From the UHGV virus genome UHGV-0084128: DNA of 10,606 bases; one strand, given 5' to 3'. This stretch comes from a virus. This document shows, in pieces, positions 1-6,836 of the stretch (position 1 is its first letter; the number at the start of each line of letters is the position of its first letter). The translations under genes were made by a program, and so were the position numbers. Below the pieces are notes generated by a model. That model did no database searches and was not told the DNA's origin. It was given only the letters and a program-made list of their open reading frames with translations.

Positions 1-180
1 CGAATGCCGGATACCAAAACAGCCGTTCTTGTTGCCGTGGAGTTTGACAGGAAAGGTGACTGGCGAATGAAATGGGCGACTTACATCCCGGGTCATCCTG
101 ACGCTAATGATGGGTGGATAATTCCTGGTGCGTCGTGGAAACCGTCACACTGGATGCCGCTACCAGAGCCTCCACTTTGA
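1..180 (+). CDS. 3' end of an early-left (ea-region) gene of unknown function; 5' end lies outside the window
   Basis: Frame 1 is open from nt 1 to TGA at 178-180 (…AVLVAVEFDRKGDWRMKWATYIPGHPDANDGWIIPGASWKPSHWMPLPEPPL*); same strand as xis/int downstream; no recognisable motif. Confidence 0.4.
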   Translation, partial: RMPDTKTAVLVAVEFDRKGDWRMKWATYIPGHPDANDGWIIPGASWKPSHWMPLPEPPL

Positions 181-276
181 AAGCGAAGCTTATACATATC
201 TTTTACATCAGCAATCTATTGTTAATCTCCAATCAATGTTACGTTGTCATCTCACTCATGCTTTGGAGGTAGTGAT

Positions 277-456
277 ATGTCTTGTCCAAAATGCGGTTCT
301 GGAAATATTGCAAAAGAAAAAACAATGCGTGGATGGTCTGGTGATTATGTGTGCTGCGATTGCGGATACAACGACTCTAAAGACGCATTTGGAGAGCGTG
401 GTAAAAACGAGTTTGTTAAAATTAATAAAGAACGCGAAGGCAACGAAAAAAGCTAA
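277..456 (+). CDS. Small zinc-ribbon protein (59 aa), function unknown
   Basis: ATG at 277 preceded by SD GGAGG (266-270); CPKC…CCDC cysteine pairs (CxxC-x19-CCxC) typical of a zinc ribbon; Lys/Glu-rich tail. The ORF-track TTG start at 244 is rejected in favour of the SD-associated ATG. Confidence 0.6.
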   Translation: MSCPKCGSGNIAKEKTMRGWSGDYVCCDCGYNDSKDAFGERGKNEFVKINKEREGNEKS

Positions 457-521
457 TTTATTTATTCATATATGAAAACAATGTAACCAATATTCGAATT
501 GAAGAACTGAAAGAACACCAA

Positions 522-545
522 GCCGCCTGATGGCGGTTTTTTATT
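522..545 (+). terminator. Rho-independent terminator downstream of the zinc-ribbon gene
   Basis: GC-rich hairpin GCCGCC-tgat-GGCGG followed by TTTTTTATT, immediately upstream of the next gene's SD. Confidence 0.55.
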
Positions 546-556
546 GGAGACAAGAA

Positions 557-901
557 ATGTCAGATTTGGCTATGAAGGTTTTGAAATGGCAATCGACTGG
601 CGATGTCGGCATCAGTAGCGCAACTCTTGCCTCAATCGCATGTGGACTGAAAAAGAATATCTATGGTCATCACTTCGGCGCTCCACATGACGCAGCAGAT
701 TTCCGACGATGCGTTGCACTTGTTGAGCAGATTCCAGAAATCAGAGATTCATTCGACAAGGTTGCAAAGCGCGTTCCGGCATTCAAAGGCATCCTCAACG
801 AATGGGATTCCCTCGTTGCTCTGTTGAAGTCTGAAATGAAGATACACGGAAACAAAGCACCAGAGACTTACAGAAGAATTAGCGAGTTACGCAAGGACTA
901 A
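557..901 (+). CDS. Hypothetical early-left protein (114 aa)
   Basis: ATG at 557 with SD GGAGA (546-550); ORF-track start at 530 would lie inside the terminator hairpin, so the internal ATG is preferred; no signal peptide or motif I can name. Confidence 0.6.
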   Translation: MSDLAMKVLKWQSTGDVGISSATLASIACGLKKNIYGHHFGAPHDAADFRRCVALVEQIPEIRDSFDKVAKRVPAFKGILNEWDSLVALLKSEMKIHGNKAPETYRRISELRKD

Positions 902-960
902 CCACAGCCTCACACTCGATGAGGCCAGTTCATTTCTCAAGATATCCAGACCTACCATCG

Positions 961-983
961 CCGCATCAATGCGGTTTTTTATT
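961..983 (+). terminator. Rho-independent terminator between the 114-aa gene and xis
   Basis: Hairpin CCGCA-tcaa-TGCGG followed by TTTTTTATT. Confidence 0.55.
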
Positions 984-990
984 GCCTGAT

Positions 991-1006
991 TTGCAGGTTC
1001 GATTCC
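991..1006. other. 16-nt segment TTGCAGGTTCGATTCC matching the T-arm of tRNA-Arg (argW)
   Basis: Exact 16/16 match to my recollection of E. coli argW nucleotides spanning the T-stem 5' half, T-loop and first two 3' T-stem bases; flanks do not continue the tRNA, so this is not a tRNA gene. Confidence 0.5.
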
Positions 1007-1025
1007 CTATTCGGAGATAGCACTC

Positions 1026-1226
1026 ATGCAACACGAACTACAGCCTGATTCACTGGTTGATTTGAAATTCATCATGGCTGATACTGGCTTTGGTAAAACC
1101 TTCATCTACGACCGGATTAAGTCTGGCGACCTGCCGAAAGCCAAAGTTATCCACGGACGCGCAAGATGGTTATATCGTGACCATTGTGAATTCAAAAATA
1201 AGCTCTTAAGCCGCGCCAATGGGTAA
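1026..1226 (+). CDS. xis: Excisionase / recombination directionality factor, AlpA/TorI family
   Basis: 66-aa protein MQHELQPDSLVDLKFIMADTGFGKTFIYDRIKSGDLPKAKVIHGRARWLYRDH…; winged-helix excisionase signature; SD GGAGA 8 nt upstream; sits directly upstream of attP and int. Matches my recollection of TorI of prophage KplE1. Confidence 0.85.
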   Translation: MQHELQPDSLVDLKFIMADTGFGKTFIYDRIKSGDLPKAKVIHGRARWLYRDHCEFKNKLLSRANG

Positions 1227-1242
1227 AATAGCGGGTAAAATA
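1221..1242 (+). repeat. Two direct copies of GGGTAAAATA (candidate Int arm-type or Xis binding sites), P-arm side of attP
   Basis: GGGTAAAATA-gc-GGGTAAAATA; the first copy overlaps the xis stop codon. Confidence 0.6.
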
Positions 1243-1299
1243 TTTTTCACATCTAAAAAACACCATTCCAATCAATCCCCTGCCTCGTCAAGTAGATGT

Positions 1300-1315
1300 C
1301 TGCAGGGGACACCAT
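1300..1315. other. Candidate attP core: match to the 3' terminal 15 nt of tRNA-Arg (argW), including CCA
   Basis: CTGCAGGGGACACCA(T) matches the 3' T-stem bases, acceptor 3' strand, discriminator and CCA of argW (from memory); lies between xis and int and is flanked on both sides by GGGTAAAA repeats. Confidence 0.6.
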
Positions 1316-1409
1316 TTATCAGTTCGCTACCATCCGTACCAGTCCGCAAAATCCCCTGAATATCAAGCCTTCCGTAGATTCACAGTTCGTCATGGTTCGC
1401 GTAAGATCG

Positions 1410-1439
1410 TTGACAGCCGCACTCCATGACGGGTAAAAA
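1410..1439 (+). promoter_or_regulatory. Candidate int promoter overlapping the arm-type repeats
   Basis: TTGACA (1410-1415), 18-nt spacer, TAAAAA (1434-1439); the -10 overlaps GGGTAAAA at 1431-1438, suggesting autoregulation. Weak -10, so low confidence. Confidence 0.3.
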
Positions 1440-1475
1440 GTGGATAAAATAATTTTACCCACCGGATTTTTACCC
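1431..1475. repeat. Four further copies of the GGGTAAAA motif (two direct, two inverted) at the int 5' end, P'-arm side of attP
   Basis: GGGTAAAA (1431-1438), GGATAAAA (1442-1449), TTTTACCC (1453-1460), TTTTACCC (1468-1475); the last abuts the int ATG. Confidence 0.6.
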
Positions 1476-2633
1476 ATGCTCACCGTTAAGCAGATTGAAG
1501 CAGCAAAGCCGAAAGAAAAACCATACCGCCTACTCGATGGTAATGGCCTGTACCTTTATGTCCCTGTATCCGGGAAAAAGGTATGGCAGCTTCGCTACAA
1601 GATTGACGGTAAGGAGAAAATCCTGACCGTCGGAAAATATCCGCTTATGACTTTGCAAGAGGCAAGGGATAAAGCATGGACTGCGAGGAAAGACATCTCG
1701 GTTGGCATCGATCCGGTAAAGGCGAAAAAGGCTTCGTCTAACAACAATTCATTTAGTGCGATTTACAAGGAGTGGTACGAGCACAAGAAGCAAGTCTGGT
1801 CAGTAGGCTATGCAACTGAACTTGCCAAAATGTTTGATGACGACATTTTACCCATCATCGGCGGCCTTGAAATTCAGGATATTGAGCCGATGCAACTGCT
1901 GGAAGTAATCCGCAGATTTGAAGATCGCGGCGCAATGGAGAGAGCCAACAAAGCCCGCAGAAGATGCGGCGAGGTTTTCCGTTACGCTATTGTTACTGGT
2001 AGGGCTAAATATAACCCGGCACCTGACCTTGCTGACGCCATGAAGGGATACCGCAAGAAGAACTTCCCGTTTCTTCCTGCAGACCAGATCCCGGCATTCA
2101 ACAAAGCACTGGCAACATTTTCAGGAAGTATCGTATCGCTCATTGCGACCAAAGTTTTACGCTACACAGCCCTAAGAACGAAAGAGCTTCGTTCCATGCA
2201 ATGGAAGAACGTCGATTTTGAAAACAGGATTATCACTATCGACGCCAGTGTGATGAAGGGACGCAAGATTCATGTTGTCCCGATGTCGGACCAGGTGGTT
2301 GAACTTCTCACTACGCTAAGCTCCATCACTAAACCAGTATCAGAGTTTGTTTTTGCCGGGCGCAACGATAAGAAGAAGCCAATCTGCGAGAACGCGGTAT
2401 TGCTTGTGATCAAACAAATCGGCTATGAGGGTCTGGAAAGCGGTCACGGATTCAGGCATGAATTCAGCACGATTATGAACGAGCACGAATGGCCTGCTGA
2501 TGCTATTGAAGTGCAACTGGCACATGCCAACGGCGGATCTGTGCGCGGGATTTACAACCATGCTCAGTATCTCGATAAGCGCAGAGAAATGATGCAGTGG
2601 TGGGCAGACTGGCTTGATGGGAATGTATCATAG
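1476..2633 (+). CDS. int: Tyrosine site-specific integrase, P4/IntS-like (385 aa)
   Basis: N-terminus MLTVKQIEAAKPKEKPYRLLDGNGLYLYV… typical of the P4-type integrase arm-binding domain; C-terminal catalytic motifs (…HGFRHEF…, …RGIYNHAQY…). ATG at 1476 preferred over the ORF-track GTG at 1440, giving the 385-aa length I recall for IntS. Confidence 0.95.
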   Translation: MLTVKQIEAAKPKEKPYRLLDGNGLYLYVPVSGKKVWQLRYKIDGKEKILTVGKYPLMTLQEARDKAWTARKDISVGIDPVKAKKASSNNNSFSAIYKEWYEHKKQVWSVGYATELAKMFDDDILPIIGGLEIQDIEPMQLLEVIRRFEDRGAMERANKARRRCGEVFRYAIVTGRAKYNPAPDLADAMKGYRKKNFPFLPADQIPAFNKALATFSGSIVSLIATKVLRYTALRTKELRSMQWKNVDFENRIITIDASVMKGRKIHVVPMSDQVVELLTTLSSITKPVSEFVFAGRNDKKKPICENAVLLVIKQIGYEGLESGHGFRHEFSTIMNEHEWPADAIEVQLAHANGGSVRGIYNHAQYLDKRREMMQWWADWLDGNVS

Positions 2634-2642
2634 GGAATTGGC

Positions 2643-2674
2643 GCAAAACCTTGCAAACCGATGCAAAGCTTTGC
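2643..2674. other. Three GCAAA repeats at 10-bp phasing ending in the 12-bp palindrome GCAAAGCTTTGC, in the convergent int/tailspike gap
   Basis: GCAAA at 2643, 2653 and 2663; perfect palindrome at 2663-2674 followed by a T-rich tract. Possible protein-binding site or weak convergent terminator. Confidence 0.25.
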
Positions 2675-2692
2675 GTGTGATATTTTTAACCA

Positions 2693-4825
2693 TCAAACTC
2701 CGGTTGTAATTGGAACCCAGTTATTTTTGCCTATAGCCGTGCAAAGATACTGAAATCCACTCGCCGTGTTAACATACACGGCACCAGGTTTGCCTGATAT
2801 AACCCCATTTGGGGTGCCATTACCTGAAATAAAAATGAAACCATTCTGGAAGGATACACTTTGAGTGTAATCACCTTGTCCTACCTCTCTAGCCATATCT
2901 CTAATGGCGCAGGCCCACGTACCCGCATTAGATATATTAGATATATTATCACCAGACAGCGGCGCAATAGCGATCATTGGGATTGAATTATCCCCACCAT
3001 ACCCCCGAATATTTGATATTTCTCTCTGCACAATTGTATCAGTGAGATCACGAATAAGTGGTACGGTTACTGTATCCTCACATATAAAATTTCTTATACA
3101 ATAGTCATCGACGGCAGCATTAGTTTCTATGTGGATTAAACCTTCTGATGTGGTATTGGATGCCCCACTATATCCACCAGTCCATTGAATACCGTCAAAG
3201 TTTAGATATTTAGCACCGCCAGTTATATATACATTACCGCCACCACCAATAACACGAAGATTTCTTACGTACACGCCAAAGAAACCTAGAACGTAAACTG
3301 CACGAGCGTGAAGCGACATATATTTAGCGTTATTTGCGTTATCAGACGTGCAATCCTCAATCACTGAATTACGTGCTTGTTGATGTTGCCCGGAAGGTAT
3401 TGTCTGTGAGTTTCGATGTTCAATTTGGAAACTGTAAACACAATCTTTTGCATAACAACGAATGAATCTGACACTTCTGGCGGGCATTGTAGTGGAGTGA
3501 CCTTTTTGTTGAAATCCAGTGATAACATTTTCAGCATAACAATCCATTACTGTGACGTTATAACTTCCTTCATCAATTTCAATTCCGTGTTGGTTATCAT
3601 TCCATACTTGAGATGGGTCATCGTTCCATACTCGGCATCTGTTTATAACTATATCGCTGCTGTTATGTGTGGTTATAAGGTCGTCAAGTTGCGTATTTCG
3701 TGCAGACACATCTTCAACCAGAATGTTATAGCTCCCCCCAACAGCATTGTTGTCGATATTACCATCATCAAAATAGTATCCAGCACAAATATCAATTCCG
3801 TGCTGTAGTCCACGCTGAACATACACGCGCTTGATAGAGCTATTCCTTACCGTAGATAGTAGAATGGTAGTACCCTGCGTTGCATCCATCCATGTTTCAG
3901 TTGGGTTTCTCGCCCTGTTGTTAGCATCAACACCCAGGTCTTCAATACTAATATCCGTATCGTAGTTTGTCCGGAATACCTTGTACTCGTATAGTTCATT
4001 CTGGATGCAGTTTTCAGTTATCGGCATCGAAGCAAGGGCAAGGATGGTTGTTTTCAGTTTTCCTGCACCGCGCAATCTAACGTGAGATGGTACTTTCAGT
4101 GCAGAGTTAATCCCGTAAGTACCTTCAGAAAGAATAAGCTCTTTCACCGTTGCCATTTTTGCCTCTTGCAGTGCTTTGTTCAATTTATCATGATAATCCG
4201 TTACTCCATCTGGAACAATTCCGTAATAATCAGCATACACTTTATTGCATATCCTTTTCCAACGCTTTCCACCAGGCGTGACAATTATCATTCCATCATC
4301 ATCTTCTGAAGTATTATCTGTTGAATCATACTCAAAAAAACCGCCACCGATACCAACACCATCACTATGCTCAATAACATTTATTAATTGACTTTCAATT
4401 GTTGGTTCTATTAGACGTAAATCATTAATATTTTTGCATCTCCCTATGTATTTAAAACCATCCGGTCCAATTAATCTCAACTCTAATTGGTCAGGGTTAT
4501 ATTTCAGAATGTTTGGGTAGTAAAATTGTTGCACTCCATACGCATCATAAACAGCCATAGAATGGCCTTGCACGGTTACAAACTTGGCAATCTGTCCGTT
4601 ATATACAGGGTAACCAGCAGCGTTAATGATGATTGGTTGCGATACAGGAACGTGAGAGCCGTCTTCGTTCTCTACATAAACCTGAATCCGGTTTTCAGGA
4701 TTTACAGGGTCAGTGTCAATTTTACCGATATAAATTTTGCCATTGGCTACGGCTTTAAAAGAACGCGCCATAGTGAAGAGTTGCGAAGGCATCGATACGA
4801 TCACATTGGCTGTAATGTCTGTCAT
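2693..4825 (-). CDS. 9: Tailspike protein (710 aa): P22-family head-binding domain plus a distinct receptor-binding/depolymerase domain
   Basis: First ~110 aa ([59 protein letters not shown]…) match the conserved P22/Sf6/HK620 tailspike N-terminal domain; the remainder is Gly/Asn/Ser/Thr-rich as expected for a beta-helix domain; SD GGAG upstream; 710 aa equals the HK620 tailspike length as I recall it. Confidence 0.9.
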   Translation of the reverse strand: MTDITANVIVSMPSQLFTMARSFKAVANGKIYIGKIDTDPVNPENRIQVYVENEDGSHVPVSQPIIINAAGYPVYNGQIAKFVTVQGHSMAVYDAYGVQQFYYPNILKYNPDQLELRLIGPDGFKYIGRCKNINDLRLIEPTIESQLINVIEHSDGVGIGGGFFEYDSTDNTSEDDDGMIIVTPGGKRWKRICNKVYADYYGIVPDGVTDYHDKLNKALQEAKMATVKELILSEGTYGINSALKVPSHVRLRGAGKLKTTILALASMPITENCIQNELYEYKVFRTNYDTDISIEDLGVDANNRARNPTETWMDATQGTTILLSTVRNSSIKRVYVQRGLQHGIDICAGYYFDDGNIDNNAVGGSYNILVEDVSARNTQLDDLITTHNSSDIVINRCRVWNDDPSQVWNDNQHGIEIDEGSYNVTVMDCYAENVITGFQQKGHSTTMPARSVRFIRCYAKDCVYSFQIEHRNSQTIPSGQHQQARNSVIEDCTSDNANNAKYMSLHARAVYVLGFFGVYVRNLRVIGGGGNVYITGGAKYLNFDGIQWTGGYSGASNTTSEGLIHIETNAAVDDYCIRNFICEDTVTVPLIRDLTDTIVQREISNIRGYGGDNSIPMIAIAPLSGDNISNISNAGTWACAIRDMAREVGQGDYTQSVSFQNGFIFISGNGTPNGVISGKPGAVYVNTASGFQYLCTAIGKNNWVPITTGV

Positions 4826-4883
4826 TTAATTTGCTCCAGATACAAGGAATCACCGAAGCATGGCTACGATGAATTTTGGGCAT

Positions 4884-4906
4884 AAAAAAACCCAGCCGAA
4901 GCTGGG
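4884..4906 (-). terminator. Rho-independent terminator between ant and the tailspike gene
   Basis: On the minus strand: hairpin CCCAGC-ttcg-GCTGGG followed by TTTTTTT (plus-strand A7 at 4884-4890). Confidence 0.6.
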
Positions 4907-4925
4907 TCGTTGCGTTGGTTATCTG

Positions 4926-5828
4926 TCAGTAGTTATGTACTGAAGGAGGTAATTCTTTATTCTTAAGTCTCATCCATGCGGAAAGATTCGTTGGTCCGTC
5001 TGGCTCATTAATATCAACATCTCGTGTGTGATTGATTAAAACGTCTCTCGCCATTCCGATAACATACGAGAATTCATGGCCATAGTCGTAGCATCTGCCG
5101 GAATAGTTCGATTGAATTTGTTTTAGCGCCAGATACAGTTCGCGGAATAATGCCTGTGAGCGGTTGGCATAATCCCATAACCATACAAGGCTGTTTGCTT
5201 CTTTTGCAGAAAGCTCGTTGGTTTTCTTCTCTTGTTTGCCGATAAATTCACCTTCAAGCACTACCCTGTGGATGTACTCTACGGCTTGCGGTATCTGAGA
5301 TGCATCAAGCTCTTCAATACTTTCCACATTGAAACGCTGATGAATCATTGCATAAGCTTCTGGGTACATTAGATGCTTTTTGCTGACTAGCATATTTACA
5401 GCATCACGAAGCTGAGTCCTGTCATCAACAGATGTTTTCTTACGTGCATTTTCTGCCTTTCCCTTTGTCCAGTAGTCATGCAGTACAGTAAAGCATTCTT
5501 CCTGGTACTGAATCAGTTTATCACGGATGTCAGCACGAACTTTCTCAGGGTTGATGCTGAACAGCCATCCATTTAACTTCTTCAAAGGAAGGCAGAGTAG
5601 CTTACGAAGCTTCCCATCAGCGGCAACCATGTTCATATGAACACAGTTGAATTTGCTAATCTGCTTCATGAGTTTTGTTTGCTGCGTTGACCAGCTCATT
5701 CCAAGGTTTTCAACGATTGGCTTCATCGCAACATATGCAACTCCGGCAGCCATGGCGGTGATAATTTGCTGACCGTTGAATGGTACATAAGAGGTGTTCA
5801 CTGCTTCTAAAATTGCTATACTATTCAT
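4926..5828 (-). CDS. ant: Antirepressor Ant (300 aa)
   Basis: [26 protein letters not shown]… matches my recollection of the P22 Ant N-terminus; start at the internal ATG (5826-5828), which gives the 300-aa size expected for Ant, rather than the ORF-track start at 5894. Confidence 0.9.
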   Translation of the reverse strand: MNSIAILEAVNTSYVPFNGQQIITAMAAGVAYVAMKPIVENLGMSWSTQQTKLMKQISKFNCVHMNMVAADGKLRKLLCLPLKKLNGWLFSINPEKVRADIRDKLIQYQEECFTVLHDYWTKGKAENARKKTSVDDRTQLRDAVNMLVSKKHLMYPEAYAMIHQRFNVESIEELDASQIPQAVEYIHRVVLEGEFIGKQEKKTNELSAKEANSLVWLWDYANRSQALFRELYLALKQIQSNYSGRCYDYGHEFSYVIGMARDVLINHTRDVDINEPDGPTNLSAWMRLKNKELPPSVHNY

Positions 5829-5896
5829 GTTGGTTTTTCTCCACGGATTTACTGACAACCGAAGCCCTGACTGTTCCCGCAGTTGGGGCTTCAACT
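5829..5896 (+). ncRNA. sar: Candidate sar antisense RNA complementary to the ant ribosome-binding region
   Basis: P22 immI encodes a ~68-nt antisense RNA across the arc-ant interval. Here a plausible -10 TATACT (5817-5822) with a weak -35 lies inside the ant 5' end, and a hairpin GAAGCCC…GGGGCTTC (5861-5892) sits at the 3' end. Boundaries are approximate. Confidence 0.45.
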
Positions 5897-6058
5897 TTAC
5901 GCGCCAATGCGCCCTTCCTTCTTAAAGCTTTCCATTACTCTCTGATAAATCTCAGAGTTAACAGACCGACCATTCTCTTCCGCCACCTTGCGGACCAAAT
6001 CCAATACTTCTTTAGGCCACCGCAAATTGAACTGCGGCATCTTGCTCATTCCTTTCAT
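5897..6058 (-). CDS. arc: Arc repressor (53 aa, ribbon-helix-helix)
   Basis: [53 protein letters not shown], near-identical to P22 Arc as I recall it; SD GAGGTG upstream; ORF-track N-terminal extension rejected. Confidence 0.95.
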   Translation of the reverse strand: MKGMSKMPQFNLRWPKEVLDLVRKVAEENGRSVNSEIYQRVMESFKKEGRIGA

Positions 6059-6073
6059 ATTCACCTCACAATA

Positions 6074-6092
6074 TAGGTCCACCGTGGACCTA
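6074..6092. promoter_or_regulatory. Mnt operator (O_mnt)
   Basis: Near-perfect palindrome TAGGTCCACCGTGGACCTA located at the predicted Pant transcription start, as in P22. Confidence 0.8.
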
Positions 6093-6126
6093 TTGAGAAT
6101 ATAGTAGAGTGCTTCTATCATGTCAA
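6093..6126. promoter_or_regulatory. Divergent, overlapping promoters Pant (minus strand) and Pmnt (plus strand)
   Basis: Pant: -35 TTGACA (complement of 6121-6126), 17-nt spacer, -10 TATATT (complement of 6098-6103). Pmnt: -35 TTGAGA (6093-6098), 17-nt spacer, -10 TATCAT (6116-6121). Confidence 0.7.
6101..6121. promoter_or_regulatory. Arc operator (O_arc)
   Basis: ATAGTAGAGTGCTTCTATCAT is the reverse complement of the 21-bp P22 arc operator as I recall it; it lies in the Pant spacer and over the Pmnt -10. Confidence 0.8.
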
Positions 6127-6148
6127 TACACTAACTTGGAGTGATGGC

Positions 6149-6400
6149 ATGGCTAGAGATGATCCGCACTTTAACTTCCGTATGCCTATGGAAGTAAGGG
6201 AGAAATTAAAATTCAGGGCGGAGGCGAATGGGAGATCAATGAACTCCGAGTTGTTACAAATCGTCCAAGATGCTCTATCAAAACCATCGCCTGTGACTGG
6301 ATATCGCGACGATGCAGAACGACTCGCTGATGAGCAGTCAGAGCTTGTTAAGAAGATGGTGTTTGATACGCTGAAGGATTTGTACAAAAAACCCACCTGA
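6149..6400 (+). CDS. mnt: Mnt repressor (83 aa, ribbon-helix-helix)
   Basis: MARDDPHFNFRMPMEVREKLKFRAEANGRSMNSELLQIVQDALSKPSPVTGYRDDAERLADEQSELVKKMVFDTLKDLYKKPT, near-identical to P22 Mnt as I recall it; SD GGAG upstream; divergent from arc-ant. Confidence 0.95.
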   Translation: MARDDPHFNFRMPMEVREKLKFRAEANGRSMNSELLQIVQDALSKPSPVTGYRDDAERLADEQSELVKKMVFDTLKDLYKKPT

Positions 6401-6416
6401 AGGTGGGTCCTATTTA
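6386..6416. terminator. Bidirectional intrinsic terminator shared by convergent mnt and the lipoprotein gene
   Basis: AAAAAA-CCCACC-tgaa-GGTGGG-TCCTATTTATT; the hairpin contains the mnt stop codon; U-runs on both strands. Confidence 0.6.
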
Positions 6417-6836
6417 TTAGTCTTGCTTTGTTGATGGTATAAGAGATGCGTTTGCCTCTTTTGGCTTCAAGGTATACATCCCACCATTAAAAGGATCTAC
6501 AGCAAGCCAACCAATTAACCCACCAAACACAAGGTTTCCACCAATATACCAGCCATTAGCATTGGCTTTGATTGGCAGGGTAACTGGTTCGTACCCATCC
6601 TTTTCCATAGTGATCTGGTAGCTCTTTTTGCCAAAATAACTACCATCTGACTTGGCAAGAGTTACTCCTTGCGGGGTCTTACCTTGCGCAACAATCACGC
6701 CTGATTCGTCTTTTACCTTAAAGCTCGCACCGGAAGGATTGCTGTTCACTTGCACAAGCTGCGTTTCGTCACCAACAATAGTTGCGCACCCAGATAACAA
6801 TATAGCGCCAGCAACGACGCCAATAATCCTCTTCAT
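6417..6836 (-). CDS. Lipoprotein with a PEGA-like domain and a C-terminal Gly-rich hydrophobic segment (139 aa precursor)
   Basis: Signal peptide MKRIIGVVAGAILLSGC with lipobox LSGC; PEGA-like motifs (NPSGASF…GKTP…DGYEP); C-terminal WYIGGNLVFGGLIGWLAVDPFNGG. Start at the second ATG (6836) because it yields a canonical lipoprotein signal. Confidence 0.7.
   Translation of the reverse strand: MKRIIGVVAGAILLSGCATIVGDETQLVQVNSNPSGASFKVKDESGVIVAQGKTPQGVTLAKSDGSYFGKKSYQITMEKDGYEPVTLPIKANANGWYIGGNLVFGGLIGWLAVDPFNGGMYTLKPKEANASLIPSTKQD

Noticed and set aside
128-475. 115-aa plus-strand ORF overlapping the zinc-ribbon gene in another frame
   Set aside because: No SD, starts inside the upstream gene's 3' end, low-complexity translation; the overlapping 277-456 frame has a strong SD and a clear Cys motif.
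670-855. 61-aa minus-strand ORF inside the 557-901 gene
   Set aside because: Antisense to a better-supported gene; no start context.
991-1314. Possible tRNA gene, given the tRNA-Arg-like blocks
   Set aside because: Only the 3' T-arm and acceptor-end fragments are present, separated by xis; there is no D-arm or anticodon arm, so this is att-site homology, not a tRNA gene.
1296-1433. 45-codon ORF spanning the attP core between xis and int
   Set aside because: Below the size threshold, no SD, and it runs through the att core and arm-type repeats; the region is better explained as a regulatory/recombination site.
2340-2561. 73-aa minus-strand ORF inside int
   Set aside because: Antisense to the integrase catalytic domain coding sequence; spurious.
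2904-4885. Four plus-strand ORFs (2904-3104, 3416-3808, 4082-4309, 4487-4885) antisense to the tailspike gene
   Set aside because: All lie within or overlap the tailspike coding sequence on the opposite strand, with Ile/Phe/Ser-rich translations typical of antisense reading of an AT-rich gene; no independent support.
5780-6076. 98-aa plus-strand ORF spanning the ant start, the arc-ant interval and arc
   Set aside because: Overlaps two well-supported genes antisense; the plus-strand signal here is better explained by the short sar RNA.
6118-6396. 92-aa minus-strand ORF antisense to mnt
   Set aside because: mnt on the plus strand matches a known protein; the antisense ORF has no support.
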